Origin: Camelus dromedarius
Lineage: Eukaryota
Direction: 5' to 3'
Length of the DNA: 64,000 bases
Assembly: GCF_036321535.1 (NCBI RefSeq)
Contig: NC_087436.1
Coordinates: forward strand, 115,384,001 to 115,448,000
The first letter of the stretch is position 1. The number at the start of each line of letters is the position of its first letter. Below the pieces are notes generated by a model that saw only the letters and a list, made by a program, of their open reading frames with translations, did no database searches and had not been told where the DNA came from. Positions 53,411-64,000 of this stretch are shown one piece after another. The position numbers and the translations under genes were made by a program.

Positions 53411-54469
53411 TCAAAGCATGCCTGAGTAAAGGGTCATGGTTGGAAGTAGGAGTGATAATTCTGCCACGAAGCACAAAATGTCAGAGCCCAAACAACTGCA
53501 GGCAAGAGCTGGCATTATATGGAGGGAAATCTCAATTTGGAGCCTTTGTCTTGGTAGGGTTGGGATGTCCAACTTTCTATTAGATGTTTTCATGGTGCCT
53601 GGGTGGATTCTACAGGAGCAGGAGAGCTATCTGAAGTCGGGTTTCTCCCTACCCAATCCAACTTACACCTACTATGTGGGGGATTACTCTCAATTATAAC
53701 TTTCTCCATGTTCCTGAATTTGAAGCAAAGATCTAAAATAAATGGTAGTTTGAACAGAAAATGATTCCCATGTGATGAGCCTCAGGGGGGTCACCATTCT
53801 CTTCCAATTTTACAAAATGGGCCATTTCTTCTTTAAATGACATGACAGTAATGCCATTCATCGCCAACTATCTGTCATTTTGATGGTAAAAATCATCTCA
53901 CTTTTGTATCATAGACATTAGAGATCCTCAGGAAAAAATGTGTTGACATTTTTCACTCATAGTAATATAAGATTGTTTCCATCTTTAATTTATCCAAAAA
54001 TAAATGTGAGAAAAATGTGCAGTGACTGATCTACAAATGACAGTGGCTGAGGCGAAGGTGGTAAGACTACAGAAAATAATCTACCTGCAATAATTACAGA
54101 TCATAAGTGTTTTATTAGCAAAATAATCTTACTGGATGATTCAGAAGCAAACATGAAGGGCTTCAGAGATTCTTCTGGATTTTCCACTGTAATACATCGA
54201 ATGTATAGCAACCAATATAAAAGCTGATTTGAGGAGGCATGCAGAAACATGCGTCACCTATTTTCTTCTTCACATCTCAGAGCAACTTCGAGTTCTTGGC
54301 GATTTGAATAGAATTCTAGAATCCTAGTACTGGTATGATTCTTAGACATTGCCTAAATCCAGCTTGTCACTTTACTGATGAGGAAATTGAGGAAAAGCAC
54401 ATTTGGAAAATGCCAAAATTTTAAGGAGTCATGACTTTTTGCAGGTTAGGCAAGGCTCATGATTTAGTT

Positions 54470-54684
54470 CTTTTTTTTTTAATGAAGTATAGTTAGTTTA
54501 CAATGTTATGTCAATTTCTGGTGTACAGCATAATAATTCAGTCATACATATACATACATATATTCATTTTCATATTCTTTTTCATTACAGGTTACTACAA
54601 GATACTGAATATAGTTTCCTGTGCTCTACAGTAGAAACTATTTGTTTATCTATTTTATATATTGTAGTGTGTATCTGCAAATCT
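54470..54684 (-). mobile_element. Young L1 3' end
   Basis: poly-T then 'aatgaagtatagttagtttacaatgttatgtcaatttctggtgtacagcataat...gtatctgcaaatct'. Confidence 0.92.
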
Positions 54685-54879
54685 GGAGAAATAAACACTC
54701 AGTTTGGAATTGCAGGACATCAAGAAACCTGGAGACCTGTAAGATGATCATTACGCTGCTCCTTTGTTTCCTACACAATCTTAAACAAAACTCAGGTGTT
54801 ATCACAATGATTTCAGCCCTTGACTCTCTACCAAAATTATTTTTCTCTAGAGCTAGGCATACTTAGGCATTACAGCACT

Positions 54880-55680
54880 CATATTCATTTGCTTCTTATA
54901 GTAAATTCACCTCATACATAAATAGCTTCTTCCGGATTCCGATTGGTAGTCTTTCCTAGGAAACTTATAAGTGTAGAGATAATAGGACAAATTACAGCTC
55001 TTGTTGCCAAAGTCAACCTCAAGGCTGTAACGGATACTCATACTTTTGTTTCCTCTGCCATATATTCTACCAACTGAATGAGGACCTCTGTTGCTCTGGG
55101 AGACTTACCTGGTGAGGCAACTTAGAGCTTTATCCTTGAGAGGGCTGAGTTCTTGGATCTCATGCCTATTTCATACCTTGGCTGATGTATTTGTCCATTT
55201 ATTGTTAAAATAGGTCATAAGAACACCAAAGGACACTCCAGTTTATATCTTGAGTGCCAAATATATTCTTTTCTTTCCCAGGATGTAGGAGAAAGTCAAT
55301 ATCTTCATAACTGGGGTCCATTAGCCCTGTCAGTGTGATGGCTCCTGTCCTTGCATATTTGCCTCTTGGCATGAGGAGCCTGATAGGATCCAATGACAGC
55401 CATGGCTTAAGGTTCAATGGGGCTCCCACACTGTTACCAGGTGAACACGTTTCACTTGTATGAACCAAGCTCTCTAAGCTTACAGATTCCAAGTCTGGGA
55501 TTACAGGCAGTGTACATTCTCTGATTAGGTGAATGGTGAGTGACAGTCAGTGAAGTCACTTCTACTTCCACTTTTAGGAACTGAGCAGACGCATTCTGTC
55601 TATCAAAGAACCACATAACAGTTATTGATTTAGGGTGCATGATCTATCTTTATACATGATAACCCATTTCTAACTTGGCA
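54880..55680 (-). mobile_element. Third ERV-L remnant: integrase C-terminus and dUTPase
   Basis: ORF 55452..55640 (KVEVEVTSLTVT) and ORF 55205..55492 (SPGNSVGAPLNLK...LLMP...GAITLTGLMDPSYE.I.FLLHPG) match HERV-L GVEVEVAPLTIT and PPGDTTTIPLNWK...GVTVLAGVIDPDYQDEISLLLHNGG. Confidence 0.85.
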
Positions 55681-57032
55681 CCTCAACTACATGTCCACAC
55701 AAGAAGTCAACTGCAACTGTATTTGCCCAGGAACTTTGAGGTGGCGGACTACGTGATAGGAGAAGTCAGAGATGCATCTGTGTGTTACTGGCCGCCAAAA
55801 CTTCCAGGAACTGGGGAATGGATGTGTGAGATCTGAAGAAAAGACACAGAATCCCTACATGGTTATTGATGATGAACTTCCTTGATATTGAGTATGACAT
55901 GATTATATGGTAATCCTATTGACAATAATTAATTTTCTGGACAAGTAGTTACTGAGGACTTACTACACGTCAAAGTTTATCATTAAGTGGGAAGCTAGAG
56001 TAAAGGTCATTACTAACATAAGTGCTAGGGAAGACGTCAGAAAAGGTTCAGGTGGGCTTTTTTGAGGGTTGGGTAAGATATCACTTATGAATTTGGCTCA
56101 AATAATACTTTATTTATACTGGATATTGAATAATTGTTGAATACTCCAGTCTACATTTAGAATTTTGACAGGGAGGAACTGCTGTCCAAATAACTTTGAC
56201 AAATAAATGATTGACTTCTCTGCATTTGAGGATCAACCTCTTTGTTTGAATGTCCAGATTTTAAAAGGGGTATAGTTGAGGGAGAGAAACAGGAAGGGAT
56301 TACCTATCTGCCTGTCAAATAATTTAATAAAACCCGGGATCAGCATAGTGATCATTGCAGCACCTGGCACACTTCTGTAATTTCATAATTTTGTCTGTGC
56401 AGTGGTAGGAGTTTTCTTCTTCTGCAAAGTAGACAGCAGGCTCATGCCCTGATGGTGGGTAAGAAGAGAATGGAGAAGGAACCTCAGGGTGTGGAGATTT
56501 TACACTAGCCAGTGAGGGTGATAATAAAAGGAGGTGATCAAGGACAGGAAAAGTATTCAGAGGAGCTGACGACCCGGATGAGAGACACAGTGAGCCTCCT
56601 GAAGGATGTCAAGAAGCTTAGTTTGTTCTTAATTGTATTTCAGATCATATTTTATCAAAGTAATTCCCAGACCACTAGGTGGGATACAGCAGCAGACATC
56701 TGCAAACTGCAAATAGTACTGAAAGTCAGAGTGGCAGCCATGAGATTCTAGGTGGTCTGTGTGTATGGAAGCCAGAGGCAAGGCACGCTCCTGACAAACG
56801 CCCACGGAGACGAGGCAGATCGGGCAAACGAGTGACTCAGGGAAGTTGCTGCAAAGGGAGTGGGAAGGACAGAGAGGCAGTGGGAGATGCGTACATACCC
56901 TCTGGGTCAGCCAGAACTCAGCCTCAGCCAATTATGTTTTTGTGGGCTGTGGGCCAATATTGCAAGATCTCAAATATTTTTCAAGATATTTGTGTAATAT
57001 TAACTTAAATTCATATACATTTCAGGTATTTA

Positions 57033-57136
57033 TTTATTTAATAATGGTTTATTTTTTATTTTTATTTTTTAAACATTTTTTATTGATTTATAATCATTTT
57101 ACAATGTTGGAAGGGATAGACGGGATTTCAAAATTG
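57033..57136 (-). mobile_element. Tiny 5'-inverted young L1 insertion with perfect 17-bp TSD
   Basis: TSD tacatttcaggtattta at 57016-57032 and 57137-57153; antisense tail to 57109 then a sense 3'UTR piece at 57110-57136. Confidence 0.9.
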
Positions 57137-57269
57137 TACATTTCAGGTATTTAAACGTTGGAACTAAATACATTTTCAAAACCTGGCTGAGCTAATTAGT
57201 ATGTATCTGAAAAATCAGATGCTCCCTATAGTCTTCCACTTTGCAGCTCTGAGATAAAATTTTTTCAGA

Positions 57270-57385
57270 ATGCGACAATACATATATGTGTGTTCATGTA
57301 TAACTGAAAAGTTGTGCTCTGCACTGGAAATTGACACAACATTGTAAACTGACTATAACTCAATAAAATTAAATTAAAATAAAAA
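57270..57385 (+). mobile_element. Young L1 3' end
   Basis: 'gttcatgtataactgaaaagttgtgctctgcactggaaattgacacaacattgtaaactgactataactcaataaaa'. Confidence 0.9.
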
Positions 57386-57520
57386 GGAGTCCAGACTTGA
57401 AATATTTTCTTTTGCTGACACTTTCTTGCCCACCCCCCACCTATAAAAACCTTCCGTCTGCACTACCCCTCAGCATGCCCTTCTAATTCATGAACCGTTT
57501 AATAAAGCCAAACCGATCTT
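57386..57520 (+). mobile_element. ERV1-like LTR U3/R fragment
   Basis: TATA 'cctataaaaacc', then 'ttcatgaaccgtttaataaagcca...gatctt', followed by an A-rich run. Confidence 0.55.
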
Positions 57521-58234
57521 AAAAATAATAATAATCCTAATGTAGAGGGTACAGCTTCAGAGACGGGCTCTGGGCCACTCAGGAGTCAGAGTATAAATCA
57601 GAAGACCAAGGTGCCACTCTTGGTAATCAGGGCTGGAGTATCACTGCAGGAGCGAGGAAACATCTGGAGTCCTGTGGGCCTGCTCCTGCCCCCATATTCA
57701 CCATATTTGTTAAGGTTAAATGATCCTTTCCAGTTTTTAAGCCTTACAAATTGAGAGACATACATTCCTTTAAGGAAGAACAAGAGTAAGATCTAAATAA
57801 TAGTCCAAGGTGTTTATGCAATTGCTTTTACTTGTTTTTCTTTGGTTATTTTTTTTTTTAACTTCTAATCCTAAATTTGGAATTTGCTTCCTGCAACTCT
57901 GGCTTGAGAGTACTTCTTGATTCTCTTGTTGACGTTTTTGTTTTTTTTTTTTTTTACTTTGATTCCAGCTAAGCTTTTGTCAATGTTCATCACACTGGTT
58001 TTGGTGTCCCCAGTGTTCTCCATCTAGAAGTATGTGGACCCCATGGAATTCCAGGGATGAAGCTTGCTTCTTGGGTACTAGTAAGGGAAGATAATTGGAA
58101 AGATGAGTCTATGTGAGTTCTTTAAACTGTCAGGATTGTTTCAGGAATTCTGCATGGGATGGAACCTGGGAATCTTGCCCCCAGTCAAGGAGACAATATA
58201 TTATAGGACAGCACAGATTTGGGAGTGTAACTTG

Positions 58235-58670
58235 TGTTGAGTCCCAACCTCAGGAGTTCCCTGGGTGAAATTTGAAACTGGCCTCATGCACTGAGAGCAA
58301 GGAGAAACTGAAGAAAGAGGCAGACCACTCTAGACTGGCAGGTAGTAGTTTTAATCAACAAGGGAACTTACATAGACATCCGGCTTGTCTTAGGTGGCAG
58401 CGAGGTGAGATCTCCAAATCTGCCTGAGAGGATCTCAAAGTTTACATAGAGGACTTAATTGGTTTCAGTCACATGTTCAATCCAGCTAGTCTCAACAATA
58501 CCTTCCTCTTCCCTCTTCCAAGATTACATCCTTGAAATGGTTCTGGTAATATGAATGGTGGATGGAATATACCTTCCAAGGACAGGGTAAGGGGTGGGGA
58601 GCCTTCAGTTGCCTGCATCCATCTTGCGGGTCAACCAACTGTCACATCCCCTAAATGACCTCCTCCAGCA
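58235..58670 (-). mobile_element. Solo LTR (ERV1-like, family not named) inside a MIR
   Basis: TG..CA termini (tgttgagtcc...cctccagca); minus strand carries 'ctatgtaaac' and 'gattaaaact' at LTR-typical positions. Confidence 0.6.
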
Positions 58671-60689
58671 AGGGGATGCATTGTTTATTCCCTCTTAGAC
58701 ACAATATAAGCAACTGTAATTATGGATAATGATACAATGGACTTCACAGAGATTATGAAAGGTTTAAATACAAACCGCAACTCTAAAACACTCGAGCATT
58801 GATTGGCACCTAACATGGTTGATGCACCATAACATTGTCTTTTACCCTCTGTCCTGCCAGCTGTGCATGGAAGAAGACAACAGATCATGCTGAGGGGAAT
58901 TCCTGGCATTCATTTCTCTTTCAGCAATTATTTTCAGTAAACATGTACATGTACTGTTTTCTTTGTAAAAGATACCTCTGTTGCCTTTAAATTGCACTGG
59001 ATAATTTTCACATATCATCTATTATGCAGTCTACACCCACTCCCTTCCCTCCTACAAGAATAAATAAATGAAAAGGCAAATGCTAAAAACTACTTTGGTA
59101 AAAGCTAGGGAAGACTATTAAAATGATACATTATCTAGGAGTATGACCCAGGGACTTTCATAAAATAATTTAGCGTCCGGAACTTCCTGGTGATGAGTGG
59201 TGTAATAAAACCCCCAAAACTACATTCTCGACTTTCAGAAAGGCCAGGGGATAAAAGGAGGCAACATTCATATCTGTTTTCAGAACCTCTCACCTTGACT
59301 GTTTTTCCTTTCAAAATGAGCTTGGACTTGATTTAGAAATAAACTACAAAGTCAGGTTAAGAAGAACATAATTTTGAATGCCAAGCTTTGTAATGTTTTT
59401 GCCAGCCACAGGACCTTTCTTGGCAAAGAACTTTTAGGTGCATAACCAGGAAAAGATAAGCCTGGTGCAAATCTAATGTCATCCTCTCCTCGACAGATGA
59501 ACTTTCATGCACTGAAGATATTTACCTTTACTCTTTAAGCAAGGAAACAGCAGAATAAAAATTTGTGTCAAGGAACTCTCACTCTCAGCCAATCTGGACA
59601 GGCTGTGGTTTGATGCAAAGGGCCAGCTGCTTTGTCTGAAGGGGACCCTGCCTGATGATCTTCCGGAAGGAGTGGACATTGTCCTACACCCAGCACTAAG
59701 CACAGGTCAGAGGTGAATGCATGTTAAATTATTTTTAATTATCGAGTACCAGTTTCATTGCAGGTATTTTTTCATAGCTACATCTTAGAAATAAATGTTA
59801 TAATTTAGATTTTACAAATGTAGAAATGAACCCGTAGAAAATAATTACCTAACATACTGCTGGCATTCAAGAGCACATATATGACTGTGTCTGTACATCT
59901 ACTTACATTTGAGGCTGGCGTGCAGTTGTGTATGCGTCATACTTTTACTACCTTTTGATATCAGGGTTATCCTAGTTTAGAAAAATGAACTGGGAAAAGG
60001 CTTTCTGTGTAATTTTCATAGCATGAACATAACTGGGAAAGACTTTCTGTGCTCTAAAACAACTTACGTAGCATGAACGTACTCACATTTTATTAGTTAT
60101 TTCTAGAAAATATGTGAACTACCTATACTCAGAGCCTTTCTGGAAACAATTGTTTGAATTCTAATAACTGATTATTTTGTCCAAAACTTTGGCCTCTTCA
60201 GGGTTTTTATTACATCTCTATTAAAGAAATTTATATTTTCGTATAAAATCATCAATATACCATTGATATATTTTTAAATTTAATAGCAGAAAATATAGTG
60301 TGTTTATTTTTAAAATTTATTTATTTATTTATTTGTTTGTTTACTTATTTAATTTATTTAAGTAATTTATTTAAGTATTTACGGATGGTACATCTATAAA
60401 TGTGTCAATAAGAATTGCTAGGAAAGTGAATCAACTATTGGTGGTTAGTTTTTCACGATCAGCTTGTCTTTCTGTGACCTTGAGCTAAGGAAAAGGCCAG
60501 TGGCCCAGAAAGTACTTTATAAGTAAGGGACAAAAGGTGATGCTGTTGCTATTTCATTTGACAGGAAAATCAAACCAAACTTCTGGGAAAATAATAAGCA
60601 CCTATAGACCTTTTTTTCTACAACTCTAGAACCAACAATGGACACTCTGTTCTTAGGAAGGATGTTTAAGGAGACGACGAGTTCAAAAT

Positions 60690-61150
60690 GAGATGAACAG
60701 AGCAGTGAGTGGGGTGGATCATCGTGCAGGCATTTGTGTTGTCCCAGTAGCCATGTAGAAACTTCATCTCAAACGTTACTGCTGTGAAGGACATGATCAG
60801 GGGGATGTGACATAGAAAGGAGCTGGGTCCTACTTCAGAAAGCTCAAGGAAAGATTTCTCCTAGAAGGTGAAACTGACATGAGGAAATAAAGGTGAGAGT
60901 CAGTGATGTGAGGTCCCAGAGGAGGAGCATTGCAAGCATGTGAAACAACACGTACAAGGGTCAGTAGGTGAAAGAGAGTTTGACGCTGCTTAGGACTCTG
61001 CCCAGGTGTCTCAGGCTTTGGGAGTGACGGAGAGAACACGATGAGAAGAAGTTGGCATGATGGGCAGAGTCAAGACTACAAAGATTTTATTCAGCAAGCC
61101 AAGTAATCCATGTTTGCATCTTGGTGAAGTGAGAGATTACAAATGGTAGG
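60690..61150 (-). mobile_element. L2 fragment
   Basis: 'ggaaagatttctcctagaaggtgaaactga...gcattgcaagc...ggcagagtca'. Confidence 0.55.
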
Positions 61151-61922
61151 GAAAGAACTTGTAACCAAGAGAAATTAACATCACTTCTACATGCTCATGT
61201 GGCCCTTCAGGGCCCTCAAGTGAAAGGAAAAGGGGTTCCAACTGAGGATCAACACTTCTGAAATCCATCTTGTAACATAAAGTAGAACACCATGCATTCT
61301 CCAGTTTGAAAGCAGCTAGCTGACTTCTCCATTAGATTTCAATACGTTCCTGTTTAGGAGTTGAATTTAACATGATGGCAAGATGTGCTTTTGGATTTGT
61401 ATGAGGGACTCATGAATAGATGTGGTTTAGAGAGTGAGATGACAACTTACTCTTTTTTTAGTAATGATCAGAAATAACACTGTGTTGGTGTAATTTTTGC
61501 ACTGCTGGAAGAGTTTAAATTTATGTCATCCTTTAATTCTTAAATTCTTCCCTAGAGAGGTAGAGTTCATTCATACTTGAGAAGTAGAGTTGGAAGCAAT
61601 AGAAAAAAAATTTATAGAAATTTCTTATACACTCTGTCTATTGTCATCTTCCTGAACTTACAATATTTTCTTTGCCTTCAAAAAATGAAATGTCATAGTA
61701 AATGCAAACTGTTTACATTTTCAGTGGCCTTTGAGAAGAGAACTTTTGTAAGAAGCAAATGTTGAGCTTAAATGTTTTTAAACAACCTGGTATGCAAGTT
61801 AAATATTACTAAAATAGAGATGTTCAGCAATTATTACAAAAAATAATGCTCATTCCAAAAGTAGCCCGTTATAATCTGTATTTACCTAAGCATCTCATTA
61901 GAGAGAGTTGTCATCACCACTC

Positions 61923-62420
61923 TGTATTGGTTTTCTCTTGCTACTATAAAAAATCACCACACACTCAGTGGCTTAAAACAACACACATTTATTTATTCAT
62001 GATTCTGGAAGTCAGAAGTCTGAAATCAGTCTTATCTGGACAAACGCATGTCACCAAGGCTGGTTTCTTCTGGATTCTGAGGGGAGGATCTGTTCACATG
62101 TCTTTTTCACCTTCTAGTAGTTGCACGTATGCCTTGGCTTGTGGTTCTCTCCTCCATCTTCCAAAAGCATCACTCTAATCTCTGCTCCCATTATCACCTT
62201 GCCTTCTTGTCTAATGCTGACTCCTCCTGGGTTGCCCTTTTAAAGACAGTTGTGATTAGATCAGGCCAACCCAGATCCCCCAGGATGATCTTCGCATCTC
62301 AAGATCCTTAACTGAAACACATCCACAAAGTCCCTTTAGCCATATAAGGTAGCATTCCGGTTCCCAGGATTAGGGCATGGGCATACTTAGAGTGGGTGGA
62401 CAATTATCCAGCCCACCTAT
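61923..62420 (-). mobile_element. MLT1D/E-like MaLR LTR
   Basis: 'cagtggcttaaaacaacacacattt...ttctggaagtcagaagtctgaaatcag...ccccaggatgatct...tctcaagatccttaac...catataaggt'. Confidence 0.92.
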
Positions 62421-64000
62421 CACGCCCTGTAAAACAAATTCATTCTTAGTTTTGGATGCTAGTTTACATACGTGGTTGTCTAGGAACCTTTACTCCTTTG
62501 CCTGCTTCTAGAATTTTTGGTAATCTTCTTTCCCTCAAACCAGCCTGAGAGCATCTAAATCAGAGGACTTATCACAACACAGTTTCCTCTCTATCCCTGA
62601 AATATTTGGGATGACCTAAAGTCCCATCAGGATACTTACCCCAATTCCTGATACTGACGTTGGTGAAGAATGAATAAACATGGCCAATTGCTCAACTAAA
62701 GGAAGCAATGTTTTCCTTGTCTTCTGTTTCACTTTTACTTCAAAAGACCCATGTTCCAGAGCTTGCAGAGAGTGTAAGCAGAGGCATTTTGTAATCTTTA
62801 AAATTATAAGATTTTTCTCTTGCTGTATTTTTTTATATAAAAAGCAGGCCACACATCTAAATGACCTAGATTTCCTCAAGAAAGTTCAAGCAGTCTGTGG
62901 TAACTTAAGGAAGGGTCAGCTACCAGCTGGGAGCGGGATGAAAGGCTGAGCTGGTACCACAGTGTGGATCACGTTTGATAAGGACAGGGAGACAGTGAGG
63001 GCAAAAAAGTAAAAGTGTGTGTTTGGCCTCTTCTTTTATCTCTGACACTTTGTAAAGCTGCCCTCATTCAAATTTAGTGACCTTGAGATTTCGAGCCAAC
63101 AAAAGTACACTTTATCATTTTAATCTATTTGACTAGCACTTAACTATTGCTTTAATTAAATCACCAGGTTAGTGTCTTTATTTCTTTTTCCCCATACTTT
63201 CCAGAATATCTCATGAAATCCTTCCACCTTTCCCAGGCCAACAATACTCATCACCATTATGTCCTTATTTATTTCCCTCAGTCAGTCTAGAATGCTCTCT
63301 TCCTTCCATGTCATGATAAACTCTGACTATATTTGGGTGACAGATACTGAAGTTAGCCCAACACATTCACTGCTTGGTGGGACTCATACAGCACAAGGCT
63401 GGTTGGTGAGAGGCGGAGCTCCCGTTGCGTGAAGCTGGGACAGTGGGTGTGGCCAGGAGACAGGTGAGGTGAGGTTCCATAGTCTGCCGAACTTTGGCAG
63501 GCTTGGCAGGGAGATGTAGATGGCTGACAAAAAGGAAGTGTTGGATTCTTCAACGAAGTTATGTAGACAAATAGGAAAAGAGGCACACTTTTTTTTTTTT
63601 TCCAATATGCCAAAGTAAGAGAGTCTACCAGGAACCTGGATTGGAGGTCAGGGTTATCACTTGATCATTTCTGGCTTTGACCCTTTGTCAAGTGCTCTCT
63701 TCTTTTTTTCTCATTTAATGACAATCTATGTCAATGAACCTGTGATAGTCTAATTTATGGTCAAAGGGATCAAAGATTTTAAGTATCTTGTCTAACAACA
63801 CACAGCTAGCAGGATGCAGGATTGGAATTGAAAACCACCAGTTTGGTGAACCCAGTTCATACTGTGTCTGGAATCACAGAGTTGCAAAGACTGATGAAAG
63901 GTGAGAGTAAGAAGTAGATAGAGTTTTGAGCTTGTTTTTCTGGATGCGTTAACCAAAACCATTATGACTATCTTATCCTTATAGTCTTGTCCATTTCCTT

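Noticed and set aside
57541..57570. 'gagggtacagcttcag' resembling the head of a tRNA-derived camelid SINE
   Set aside because: No B-box or SINE body follows
61846..62311. 110-aa and 60-aa ORFs
   Set aside because: Antisense translation of the MLT1 LTR
1..64000. Prokaryote-type systems (CRISPR, operons, defence loci), tRNA/rRNA genes, CpG island
   Set aside because: The sequence is mammalian and repeat-rich; none of these patterns were seen

Overview
AT-rich, CpG-depleted placental mammal DNA, intergenic or intronic and dominated by interspersed repeats. The young L1 3' ends look camelid (alpaca/camel-like; inferred from remembered L1 3'UTR motifs and the absence of Alu, B1, Bov-tA, PRE1 and SINEC). 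No protein-coding gene can be named, and nearly all ORFs in the track are chance or repeat-derived. Best-supported content: (1) three separate minus-strand ERV-L fossils: LTR-gag-pro-RT at ~15.6-19.2 kb, RNase H at ~47.9-48.2 kb, and integrase-tail/dUTPase at ~54.9-55.7 kb; (2) many 5'-truncated L1s, two with twin-priming inversions and several with readable target-site duplications (TSDs); (3) MLT1/MLT2 and other LTRs, L2, MIR and MER DNA transposons. The only gene-like signals are a ~260-nt stretch at the left edge that is open on both strands and a chain of minus-strand exon-like segments in the first 10.3 kb. I found no convincing new biological system. Repeat family names are recalled from consensus sequences, and repeat boundaries are approximate.
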